This document shows, one piece after another, positions 46,913 through 55,352 of a stretch of DNA of 64,000 bases. How positions within the stretch are numbered: the stretch's first letter is position 1; each line of letters begins with the position of its first letter. Origin of the DNA: Escherichia phage vB_EcoM_Schickermooser. The position numbers and the translations under genes were made by a program. The stretch lies in the sequence record NC_048196.1; one strand, written 5' to 3'. The notes under the pieces were generated by a model that worked only from the letters and a program-made list of their open reading frames with translations, did no database searches and had not been told where the DNA came from.

Positions 46913-47109
46913 TACAAACCCTCCTTCAGATTATCAAGAGCTACAGTGGTTTCACAAAATTCTCCATACGCTTTATGATGTTCTAGAAAAGCTTCAGGTC
47001 CACCCCAATCATTATCTTGTGTATTCCAACCATCAATAAAAGCATCTTCAATGATTGTGATCAGTTCCTGTCGAGTCAACGTAATGGTATCAGGTTTTGG
47101 ATTATGCAT
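46912..47109 (-). CDS. hypothetical small acidic protein
   Basis: 65 aa. Confidence 0.35.
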   Translation of the reverse strand: MHNPKPDTITLTRQELITIIEDAFIDGWNTQDNDWGGPEAFLEHHKAYGEFCETTVALDNLKEGL

Positions 47110-47275
47110 CTTCTTTCTCCTCTAAAATATGAAACCCATAGCTACAATAGTCCTGAAAGGTTTCGTGTGCAAGATCTTCTATATCCTCTTGAGACATATC
47201 ATCTTCAATTTCGATATCCACAACCTCATTGCATCCACACCAAGCAGTTTCAATATTCACTCGTAAAGTTTTCAT
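47102..47275 (-). CDS. hypothetical small acidic protein (57 aa, not in ORF track)
   Basis: ATG overlaps upstream stop (ATGA); very acidic. Confidence 0.35.
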   Translation of the reverse strand: MKTLRVNIETAWCGCNEVVDIEIEDDMSQEDIEDLAHETFQDYCSYGFHILEEKEDA

Positions 47276-47469
47276 TCTTCTTCCTCATTGAAGTCAATAT
47301 CTGCAAGGAGTTGAAATTTACGGAAGTTACGACAACCTTCATAAATATAACAATCACGACAAACTGCTAGAACACTTGGGGGATATATGCCTCCCATCGG
47401 TGCGAATCGTTTTTCGTCATCATAACGGACACCAATGTCTTCATCAATTATATAGATACGGATTCTCAT
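47272..47469 (-). CDS. hypothetical small Cys-containing protein
   Basis: 65 aa. Confidence 0.35.
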   Translation of the reverse strand: MRIRIYIIDEDIGVRYDDEKRFAPMGGIYPPSVLAVCRDCYIYEGCRNFRKFQLLADIDFNEEEE

Positions 47470-48578
47470 TTACCAAGCCCTCGTTTCACAGCAGCTACCA
47501 TCCCGTCTTCCAGAGATTGAACTTCATTAATATAATCAACACGAGCAGCACGGGCTTCCGTATTGATGCGGTTAGTTTCTTCCAACATCTTAACCAAGTT
47601 TTCCTGATCGTGACGCAGAGTTTCAATATCCAACACTTGACGGTTAGCCAGTGCTGCTGCTTCGATCTGATTCTGTGTGGCAAGATCGCTACCCAGTTTA
47701 ATTGCCAGGTTAAATTCATCAAGAACGTTATTCTGCGTCTCTGCTGCTTTCATTTGACGTAAGCTCTCGATATACATTGAGAAGTTAGCAGAGTAAGCAG
47801 GAATAACATTATTTACTATGTTACGCGCAGATCGCATTAAGCTTGCAGAAACTTTTTGCATACCTTGCACACGTGGTCCCATTTGGACACACAGTAGGCG
47901 CAATGCTTTTAAATCGGCAATACGAATCTCCAGAAGATCCAAAGTATCTCGGATCACTTGTCGCTGTTCTACTGCATCTTCTGGAAGAGCAGCCAAAGCT
48001 TGTTCTTCTTTTTCATAGGTTGCTGTTAGAAGCTGCATATCTCGGTTCAAACTTGCAGCATATTGTCCAATAGCTTGATGCAGTTTTTCAAGATATACCA
48101 AGGAATCTTCTTCTTTGCGAATATCCATTTGAAGGTTCTTTACCAACTCTTCAATACGGTTATTAACATTATCAAACTCCCCAAACAGGTCTTCTTTCAT
48201 ACCCATAACTTTTTTAATGAGTTTAGTAATACCTTTGCTTTGTTTAATAGAGTTTGGATCAAGTTGTTTTGCCTGTTTAATCAAAGCTGTGAGTCGTTCA
48301 CTCATCTGATCGCCTTGATTACTACGTTGATGTTTTAATACCTCGGCATTCAAGGAACGCAAGGTTGTCCCTGCCTCTGCCCCGATCTCTTCGATCTCTT
48401 GTCGGGTCATAGAAGGCAAAACTGGGACTTCTTGCGGTGCGGCTGGTGCATAAACAGGACTGGCATCTAATACGCTTGGAGCGAATACAGATTTACTTGC
48501 ATCTGTTGTTGCAGTGAATACACTCATTTCAGACTTCTTCTGACCACCAGTAGCTGCTTTTAAAAACGGACTTGTCAT
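47466..48578 (-). CDS. TelA-like (toxic anion resistance family) coiled-coil protein, tentative
   Basis: 370 aa, predominantly helical/coiled-coil, size and context (between terC and terD) consistent with TelA/KlaA family; not motif-verified. Confidence 0.4.
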   Translation of the reverse strand: MTSPFLKAATGGQKKSEMSVFTATTDASKSVFAPSVLDASPVYAPAAPQEVPVLPSMTRQEIEEIGAEAGTTLRSLNAEVLKHQRSNQGDQMSERLTALIKQAKQLDPNSIKQSKGITKLIKKVMGMKEDLFGEFDNVNNRIEELVKNLQMDIRKEEDSLVYLEKLHQAIGQYAASLNRDMQLLTATYEKEEQALAALPEDAVEQRQVIRDTLDLLEIRIADLKALRLLCVQMGPRVQGMQKVSASLMRSARNIVNNVIPAYSANFSMYIESLRQMKAAETQNNVLDEFNLAIKLGSDLATQNQIEAAALANRQVLDIETLRHDQENLVKMLEETNRINTEARAARVDYINEVQSLEDGMVAAVKRGLGK

Positions 48579-49165
48579 TCTTCATTCTCCTCTTCTGCAT
48601 CTCTTATGTATGGTGAAACACCGTATTCTTTAGCTACTTTAACCCAATCGTCCCATTTATACAACCATAATTTTCCTTCTGTTCCTTCTTTATCTGATTT
48701 TAACCACATATTAGGTTGCTTACCTGGATACATGCGATTAGGTTTACGATTATACCCTCTAACACATCTTGTCGCAAACCTATCCACCAAAACAAGAACA
48801 TATTTATATTCATGGTTCAACGGCTCTTTGGAAGTAGCTTTAGGGTTTGCCCCTAATTCTGCTGCCAGTTTTTGCCAATGAGCACCGTGCCGACTAAACT
48901 TACCCATACAACCATCAATAGCATGAGCAATTTCGTGCTTCATTGTATCCACGATCATATCTCTTGTAGAGTTCTTATGCAAGTGCCAATTTACAACAAC
49001 AATTTTATCTCGGTAGTTGCACCAACCGAAAGAGTTATTCACTTTGTTTCTAACGCAAGCTTTATATCCTGCTTCACGTAACATGTTGTAGTAAACAGGA
49101 AAATCTTCTTTTATTTCCTGCATCACTTCCCACCACAAGAGTTGCAAGTCTCTCTCGGTATACAT
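48575..49165 (-). CDS. SprT-like zinc metallopeptidase (HExxH)
   Basis: MKHEIAHAIDGCMGKFSRHGAHWQKLAAELG contains HExxH followed by HG..W. Confidence 0.55.
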   Translation of the reverse strand: MYTERDLQLLWWEVMQEIKEDFPVYYNMLREAGYKACVRNKVNNSFGWCNYRDKIVVVNWHLHKNSTRDMIVDTMKHEIAHAIDGCMGKFSRHGAHWQKLAAELGANPKATSKEPLNHEYKYVLVLVDRFATRCVRGYNRKPNRMYPGKQPNMWLKSDKEGTEGKLWLYKWDDWVKVAKEYGVSPYIRDAEEENEE

Positions 49166-49168
49166 AAC

Positions 49169-49762
49169 TTACACCTTAAAAGTGAAATGCGTGGTCGTGG
49201 CTTCAAAATCAGGGCCAGATAAACGTGCACTGAAATCTGAAATATTTGTAATTAAAAAGCTTTTATGCATACCCAACACAGCCACGCTTTCAATATCTTC
49301 TACTAACATTTCAATCATGTTAGAAACATGGCTGAACGTAGTGTTTTGTTTTTTGATGGTGTAGAAAGAAAGATTCCCACCTGCTGTATAAGATACTTCT
49401 TCAAAATCTTTAATCGTATACTGTGTCCCATCAGTAAAGAAAATGGTAGCTTTATTAGTAGCACGTTTCTTGTTTTTTGGTCCTTTTTTACGTTTACTGC
49501 GAGTAGGAAAACCATTTGGGAATACCGTAGCTACAAATTCTTCAGGAGAAACCTCCTTACCGAAATCATAACCATAAGAAACAGCATCTATAAACTCATC
49601 GTCCTCATTTTTAAAATAATGGAAATAGGGCCAATTTGAAAGATTATCAAGCATCTTATGCTCGTCCACAGCAGAGAATGTATCCCTCAAAGCGCGTGTG
49701 ATTTGCAAAGCATTAGGCAACCTTTTAACACCTACGATGGAAGTACGAATAGAAATTGTCAT
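49169..49762 (-). CDS. hypothetical protein
   Basis: 197 aa. Confidence 0.4.
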   Translation of the reverse strand: MTISIRTSIVGVKRLPNALQITRALRDTFSAVDEHKMLDNLSNWPYFHYFKNEDDEFIDAVSYGYDFGKEVSPEEFVATVFPNGFPTRSKRKKGPKNKKRATNKATIFFTDGTQYTIKDFEEVSYTAGGNLSFYTIKKQNTTFSHVSNMIEMLVEDIESVAVLGMHKSFLITNISDFSARLSGPDFEATTTHFTFKV

Positions 49763-49776
49763 TGTTTTTCTCCTTA

Positions 49777-50214
49777 TTAACGTCGCTTGCTACGAGATGA
49801 ACTCTTTTTACTTAAAGGGCTATTGTAAGATTTACGAGTTGTATAGCTACTATTTGTTTTAAAAGTTTGTCTCGGCTTTTCATAAGTTTTTATCTCTTGT
49901 TTAGGCTTACTATAAAAATTAGTTTTCGGTTTAGGTGTGTTATAATGTTTATTAATAATCGTTCTGTTATCGTTATAATCCCCGCCGCTACGATTACTAC
50001 TACCGCTCATCATATGTCCTAACAACATACCTGTAGCAAACTCACCAACACCGCTACTACTAGAACCGCCACCATTGTTGATAATAGTTGTATCTCCGTC
50101 AGATCCTTGTTGAGCGTATTGTTGAGGAGGTTGTTGATATTGTGTAGGATTTGTTTCATCCTCGCAAGCTGTTAAAAAGATACAACCAATTAAAATCAGG
50201 GCTAGTTTTTTCAT
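49777..50214 (-). CDS. lipoprotein (Gly/Ser-rich, glycine-zipper-like)
   Basis: Start at ATG 50214 (GAGGAA RBS): MKKLALILIGCIFLTAC lipobox; GGGSSSSGVGEFATGMLLGHMMSG. Confidence 0.55.
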   Translation of the reverse strand: MKKLALILIGCIFLTACEDETNPTQYQQPPQQYAQQGSDGDTTIINNGGGSSSSGVGEFATGMLLGHMMSGSSNRSGGDYNDNRTIINKHYNTPKPKTNFYSKPKQEIKTYEKPRQTFKTNSSYTTRKSYNSPLSKKSSSRSKRR

Positions 50215-50401
50215 ATTTGCTTTCCTCGTTTTGACTATTAATACATCTGTGTTTGAAATCTCCAGAGAAGCAATAAAGCTGCTCTCCATCTCGGTATAAA
50301 CTCACTTTACTGCCGTTGATTACGCTTGTCAATACAAAAATTACAACAAACAACCCTATTGCAAAACAAATATTTTCAAACACAACCAACAAGTATTTCA
50401 T
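50156..50401 (-). CDS. small N-terminally membrane-anchored protein overlapping lipoprotein start
   Basis: ATG overlaps upstream stop (ATGA); N-terminal TM (LLVVFENICFAIGLFVVIFVL); overlaps lipoprotein gene by 59 nt in another frame. Confidence 0.45.
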   Translation of the reverse strand: MKYLLVVFENICFAIGLFVVIFVLTSVINGSKVSLYRDGEQLYCFSGDFKHRCINSQNEESKYEKTSPDFNWLYLFNSLRG

Positions 50402-50748
50402 TTTAAAAATACCTCATCATCAGTTTCATTATCCCAGAAGAACAAATCCCAACCATTAGGATCATTCCACTTGGCGGTTGGAGAAGTCCAAATTTGTTCG
50501 ATATCAATATTCAAAACTTCGCCGTTTCGTTTTGAAACAGCCTTGGTTAATTCCCAACGAGATACAGGTTCTACCTCTCCTGAACCACTCCCACAACAAG
50601 CTACTACATTAGGAGGAAGGTTAATTGGATCTTTGGTCACAATCATAACGCTTACCCCAGGGTAAACTTTTGAAAGATAATCTGAAACGTAATCAACATC
50701 ACCAGGTAAATCCCAAACAAGTTTTTGAATTTCATCGAAATTGCTCAT
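50398..50748 (-). CDS. hypothetical protein
   Basis: 116 aa; GGAGAG RBS. Confidence 0.4.
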   Translation of the reverse strand: MSNFDEIQKLVWDLPGDVDYVSDYLSKVYPGVSVMIVTKDPINLPPNVVACCGSGSGEVEPVSRWELTKAVSKRNGEVLNIDIEQIWTSPTAKWNDPNGWDLFFWDNETDDEVFLK

Positions 50749-50766
50749 AAGTCTCTCCTATAAAAT

Positions 50767-50784
50767 AGCCTCCCGAAGGAGGCT
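50767..50784 (-). terminator. terminator/attenuator hairpin after terC
   Basis: AGCCTCC-CGAA-GGAGGCT followed on minus strand by ATTTTAT. Confidence 0.5.
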
Positions 50785-50790
50785 CATCTA

Positions 50791-51765
50791 TTAAACAGCA
50801 GCTTGTTCTTTTTCAGGGAAGATAAAGCTTGCAATAACACCAAGAGCTAATGTGCCTAGAACAATCATCAGACTTACGTTAGGGGAAATATCATGCGGAA
50901 GGAATGACCACTTGGCATGAAGTGTTTCACCGAACGGGTGATACATAAGTTTAGCACCAACAAACACCAGAACCACAGCAACAGCTTTCTCTAAGTGAAC
51001 CAAATATTTCACAGCTACACTTAACACAAAGAAAAGTGCACGTAAACCAAGAACAGCCATCAGCATTGCAGAATAAACTAGCAGAGGTTCTTGTGTCACA
51101 CCGATCACAGCCGGAACTGAATCAAAAGAGAAGACAATATCTGTAAGCTCAATAACAAACACACAAAGAAGAGCAGGAGTTGCATATTTAATACCATTCT
51201 TAATGGTAATGAACTTTTCACCATCCAGTGCATTGTGCACAGGCAGAACTTTACCTACTAAACGAACAGCCCAATGCTTAGAGTAATCAATATCCTCTTC
51301 TTCGTCACAACCTTTGATGATAGCCACGGCAGACCAAGCTACAATCAAACCGAACAACACTTGGACCGACCAATGAAGGTTAAACAAAGCGGTCCCTGCT
51401 GCAACAAAAATACCTCGGAAAACAATGGCTCCTGCAATCCCCCAAAGTAAAATCTTATGTTGGAGATGTGTGCTCTTAATTCCAAAGCTTGCAAAAATTG
51501 CCATGAACACCATCAGGTTATCTACAGAAAGACTCTTTTCCAACACATAGCCGCTTAGGAAAAGCGCGGCAAACTCTTTACCATGTTCTACCCAAATGAA
51601 TGCGTAATATCCTAAAGCTAAAGCAATCCAAAAAACAGACCAAAGCAAAGCAGATTTAATTCCAATTTCTTTATTCTCTTTATGACCAAAGAAATCGATA
51701 CCAATAGACAATGCTAAAATACCAACTAAAACAACTACATCAATAATTGGGAAACCAAGTTGCAT
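50791..51765 (-). CDS. terC: TerC-family integral membrane protein
   Basis: Multi-pass membrane protein with EKSLSVDN and FSFDSVPAV motifs characteristic of TerC family. Confidence 0.85.
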   Translation of the reverse strand: MQLGFPIIDVVVLVGILALSIGIDFFGHKENKEIGIKSALLWSVFWIALALGYYAFIWVEHGKEFAALFLSGYVLEKSLSVDNLMVFMAIFASFGIKSTHLQHKILLWGIAGAIVFRGIFVAAGTALFNLHWSVQVLFGLIVAWSAVAIIKGCDEEEDIDYSKHWAVRLVGKVLPVHNALDGEKFITIKNGIKYATPALLCVFVIELTDIVFSFDSVPAVIGVTQEPLLVYSAMLMAVLGLRALFFVLSVAVKYLVHLEKAVAVVLVFVGAKLMYHPFGETLHAKWSFLPHDISPNVSLMIVLGTLALGVIASFIFPEKEQAAV

Positions 51766-51844
51766 TCTTTTCTCCTCTCTTTGCGGGGAACTATTCCCCG
51801 CTTCATGTGATATATCTTACTCTTTTTAAGAACTATGTCAACAC

Positions 51845-52066
51845 TTATTTTGTTGAATGAGAGGAAAAGATTCCTCGTAATACAGCCAGAATAAACGAAA
51901 CACAAACCACGGTCCAGAAGGTTACTGGAACAGTGATATCTGCATGACCCATAACTTCAGCAACATAGTTGTAAGCCAGCAACAGTAACCAAGCTGGAAT
52001 CAAACTAAGCATAAAAGCAATAACAAAAAAGCTTACCACTGCAACAATACCTGCAAAAACACCCAT
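51845..52066 (-). CDS. small membrane protein (2 predicted TM segments)
   Basis: 73 aa; two hydrophobic helices. Confidence 0.45.
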   Translation of the reverse strand: MGVFAGIVAVVSFFVIAFMLSLIPAWLLLLAYNYVAEVMGHADITVPVTFWTVVCVSFILAVLRGIFSSHSTK

Positions 52067-52078
52067 ACTAATCTCCTC

Positions 52079-52564
52079 TTAAAGTTTATAAATAGTCACA
52101 TCGTGACCAGCTTTTACTAAAGTTTCTTTGATCATGACTTCAATGATAGCCCAATTACCTCCAGCATGACCTGCACCTATCATAGGTAGACCAATCTTAT
52201 GTGCTGGCTGATCTCCTTTATCGTAATTGTGTAAGTCCATTGCCATAGCTGCAAGAGCATCATACAGCGCATCATAATCTAGTTGACGACCTTTACTATT
52301 GTATCCATAACGATACTGTCCATAAAGGTTGTATACCATAGGGTTAGGATAATCTTCTGGTTCCCCTAAACTAAAAGAACCAAGCTTTTTCTGGTTTCCT
52401 GCTCCTGTAGCTAAATCTGCTTCGTATGCATATGGAAACGCATATTTTATTTGTGGGGCAATACCTGCCCCCATATTACACATACAGTTGCAACAATGAG
52501 CAATAACAGTTACTTCACCTGTTTTAGCGGCATCAATAAGATTACCTGTTTTCATTTTAAGCAT
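52079..52564 (-). CDS. macrodomain protein (TARG1/OARD1/DarG-like)
   Basis: VIAHCCNCMCNMGAGIA and PMIGAGHAGGNW...VTIYKL resemble TARG1-type macrodomain motifs; start at ATG 52564 with AAGGAG RBS. Confidence 0.65.
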   Translation of the reverse strand: MLKMKTGNLIDAAKTGEVTVIAHCCNCMCNMGAGIAPQIKYAFPYAYEADLATGAGNQKKLGSFSLGEPEDYPNPMVYNLYGQYRYGYNSKGRQLDYDALYDALAAMAMDLHNYDKGDQPAHKIGLPMIGAGHAGGNWAIIEVMIKETLVKAGHDVTIYKL

Positions 52565-52577
52565 TTTTAGCTCCTTA

Positions 52578-53405
52578 TTACAGAATGTGTTGTTTTGTGT
52601 AACGATCCAAGAATTCAAAGTTTTCAGCATACTTTGCAATTCGATTGTAGCCTTCAGCTAAACAGCCGAAGAAAAGTTGTTCCACATAGTAGTGTGGCAA
52701 TTGGCTAAGAATGATTTTGAAGTCTTCATGATTTTGGCCCATAAGATACTTAATAGGACGAACAAGGCACTGTGCATCACGTTCTTCATTAATCATTTTA
52801 ACAAACGCTTCTGGTGTATTAATGTAGTTAAAATTCAGTTTAGCTTCAGTATCTGCTTGATTACCTTCGTATTTTGCAAAATACAAGAAGTAAACATCAT
52901 TTTTAACTTGATTTTCATCAAGAATCTCAATCAGTTTGTCTTCATGCGTTCCGGTGATATTTACATCATCAATGAACACCAACTTCTTATCACCCCAGAA
53001 TTCTTTGTTGCAGTAGAATGTATCCCCATCAATAAGTTTCTTACGACTAGCTTTATCCAAGAAGCCATAATCGTTAATATAACTAACTTTACGATGAATA
53101 ATATCCAGTTCTGCTGAACGACCTTGATCATATTGTGCTTGCAACATATTAAAGTAATTAATAAAATGATCTGTCATCATTGTTGCAGCATTATGCACAT
53201 GGTTATAAGGAGAAGGAATGATAACAAATTGTTCCCCAATATGTTTCATTGCCACTTGAGCAAAAAACTGAAGTGCCAATTCTTTACCCATACGACGCGC
53301 AGCTTGGTTACTGCCAAATTTCAATTTTGAATAATCTTTGATATCAAAAGTAGCAGTTTCCAGGTCATCAAATTTATTTGCAAAAATTTGAGTTTGATTA
53401 CGCAT
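52578..53405 (-). CDS. phosphoribosyltransferase-type (PRT type I fold) protein
   Basis: KLVFIDDVNITGTH matches PRPP-binding motif of type I PRTases/PRPP synthetases. Confidence 0.5.
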   Translation of the reverse strand: MRNQTQIFANKFDDLETATFDIKDYSKLKFGSNQAARRMGKELALQFFAQVAMKHIGEQFVIIPSPYNHVHNAATMMTDHFINYFNMLQAQYDQGRSAELDIIHRKVSYINDYGFLDKASRKKLIDGDTFYCNKEFWGDKKLVFIDDVNITGTHEDKLIEILDENQVKNDVYFLYFAKYEGNQADTEAKLNFNYINTPEAFVKMINEERDAQCLVRPIKYLMGQNHEDFKIILSQLPHYYVEQLFFGCLAEGYNRIAKYAENFEFLDRYTKQHIL

Positions 53406-54054
53406 TTACAATTTCTCCTCTTTTAAGTTTCTCTAGTAAGTCGTTAGGGTTCTTAATATGACAGAAGTTAATCCCTATGTCAACACATTTTCCATCAAAT
53501 TCTTCGCTGTCCCCAACATGTAAAATCTCTTCAGCCTTCAAAGGAATGCTTGAATATGTGGCGGTCCTAACAAAGAATCTAGGATCTGGTTTACACAACA
53601 GATGTTCGTCTGAAAAATGCATAAATTCAAAACAATTCCAACTGTCAAACATACAAGCACGACGCAAAATATCCCCAGATATGAAATTAGTATTGCTTTT
53701 AATACTAAGATCATATTTACCAGACAAGTATAGCAAACAAACTGGCAAATCTAAAGCAATATGTGGAGGAAATTTAAGAAACCATTGTTCACACTCAAAA
53801 CGCATTTGTGCAGATTCTACAGGGGTTAAACCTATCTTTCTTCCCAACATGTTCCATGCATATGCTACGCCTTCTGCACACCCATTTAGTGCAGCATTAT
53901 CCATAATTTCTTTGGCATCTTTATATGCTTCTTTTGCGGCACGTTCAGACATTCTACCATATGTGGCAATAGTGTGCGTACGTGCATCTGCATAGTTTTG
54001 ATTGGCAGAAATAAGAGTATTCCATACATCAAAAGAGATATGTTTTATTGTCAT
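53398..54054 (-). CDS. HAD-superfamily hydrolase
   Basis: Motif I-like ISFDVWNTL and motif IV-like HVGDSEEFD. Confidence 0.5.
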   Translation of the reverse strand: MTIKHISFDVWNTLISANQNYADARTHTIATYGRMSERAAKEAYKDAKEIMDNAALNGCAEGVAYAWNMLGRKIGLTPVESAQMRFECEQWFLKFPPHIALDLPVCLLYLSGKYDLSIKSNTNFISGDILRRACMFDSWNCFEFMHFSDEHLLCKPDPRFFVRTATYSSIPLKAEEILHVGDSEEFDGKCVDIGINFCHIKNPNDLLEKLKRGEIVNA

Positions 54055-54055
54055 A

Positions 54056-54661
54056 TTAGGCCCACCATGCATCAAGATTTAAGTTACTGTCTACCACAAC
54101 TTGCTCTATGTGGTAGCCTTTTATCTGTATCCCACTGTTCAAGAGCATACCATATGCCTCATTGAAACGCAACTTATCTTCTGCGGAATATAAGCGAGCA
54201 TTGTAAAATCGGTAATCAAGTTCTTCAGCATTAGAAGAAATACGGAAGAAGTTTGTTTCTACTTCAGGATCACTTGCTGAAGTTTTAATGTGAACTTCTC
54301 CGTAATTTTCTTTGCTTAGATCCATGAAAAGAACACAGGCAACATGTTTGAACATTCGTTCTAGTTTGTAACGAACAACATTGAAACCTGCATTCTCAAG
54401 TTTTTCTACACATTGCAACATTAACGTAGTGTCGAGATCGCTTTGATACTTTGTTAACATACGATCACGTTGAGACTTTGTATCCCGATGTAAATCAATT
54501 GTTGTGCATTTGGCACCAATGATCTTAGCTGCTTTCATCAACTCTTCAGAACTAACGTTAGATAAAGTAAGATGAAAATGGGCTTTCCACACTTTTTGAG
54601 TAGGGACACCAAAAGATTTATCCCCACTATTCGGCATGTTAACTACTACACTATGTTGCAT
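54056..54661 (-). CDS. hypothetical protein (one HxT motif; possible 2H-phosphoesterase relative, weak)
   Basis: AHFHLTL motif; second HxT motif not found. Confidence 0.3.
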   Translation of the reverse strand: MQHSVVVNMPNSGDKSFGVPTQKVWKAHFHLTLSNVSSEELMKAAKIIGAKCTTIDLHRDTKSQRDRMLTKYQSDLDTTLMLQCVEKLENAGFNVVRYKLERMFKHVACVLFMDLSKENYGEVHIKTSASDPEVETNFFRISSNAEELDYRFYNARLYSAEDKLRFNEAYGMLLNSGIQIKGYHIEQVVVDSNLNLDAWWA

Positions 54662-54676
54662 TACTTATCTCCTCAC

Positions 54677-54868
54677 TTAAAATGGAAGTCTTTGAAGTTC
54701 ATCTCCTCCGATATCAAGTAATTTAGCAACATCTCGATCAGAAAGCAACTCTTTTCTTTGTAAAATATCCACAAGGGTTGCAAGAATCTCCTTAACGTCT
54801 CGATCACTGTTCTTCAAAAGTTCTCCCGCTGTTCCTACCTTGTCTCCTACAGCAAAGTATGTAACCAT
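54677..54868 (-). CDS. hypothetical small protein
   Basis: ATG at 54868 with AGGAGG RBS. Confidence 0.4.
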   Translation of the reverse strand: MVTYFAVGDKVGTAGELLKNSDRDVKEILATLVDILQRKELLSDRDVAKLLDIGGDELQRLPF

Positions 54869-54881
54869 ACAACCTCCTACG

Positions 54882-55352
54882 CTAATCTGATTGCCAACCA
54901 CTCGCCGTTTTGGTCCATAATCTTTGATTATCTGATCCTCTGAAAGGTTTTGTGGTTGGATTGTTTATTTCATACTTTCCGTCTACAATAATGTCAACAA
55001 GATTTTTAATATACAAAGGCACTTCCTCAAAAGTATATCCTGTATACACCATTATATCTTTGCTTGACCCATAAACGTCTCTAACCTTTTCTATAAGGTT
55101 TTTAACATTGTAAATATTCTGCGGATCTAATGGTTCTCCTCCTAAAATTGTTAAACCTTTTACAAACGGTCTTGACAAATCTTTTAAAACTTGTTCTACA
55201 TTTTCGTTAGTGAACGGTTTCCCATAAGAATAAGACCAGGCTTTCTGGTTAAAACAGCCACGACAACCGTGGCTACAACCACTAACCCAGAGGGAGCACC
55301 TAACTCCCTCACCATTAATAAGATCTACAGGTTCATATCCTGCAAAATTCAA
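54882..55352 (-). CDS. nrdG: anaerobic ribonucleotide reductase activating protein (radical SAM)
   Basis: CSHGCRGC (CxxxCxxC) near N-terminus; 156 aa; directly downstream of nrdD. Confidence 0.8.
   Translation of the reverse strand: MNFAGYEPVDLINGEGVRCSLWVSGCSHGCRGCFNQKAWSYSYGKPFTNENVEQVLKDLSRPFVKGLTILGGEPLDPQNIYNVKNLIEKVRDVYGSSKDIMVYTGYTFEEVPLYIKNLVDIIVDGKYEINNPTTKPFRGSDNQRLWTKTASGWQSD

Noticed and set aside
51813-51841. TTGACA -35 hexamer just downstream of the 2-TM gene stop (possible terC promoter)
   Set aside because: No acceptable -10 hexamer at 16-19 nt spacing (best is TAAGAT, 4/6).
52677-53117. 146-aa plus-strand ORF antisense to PRT-type gene
   Set aside because: Embedded antisense ORF; AT-rich artifact.
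53477-53995. 172-aa plus-strand ORF antisense to HAD gene
   Set aside because: Embedded antisense ORF; no translation signals.
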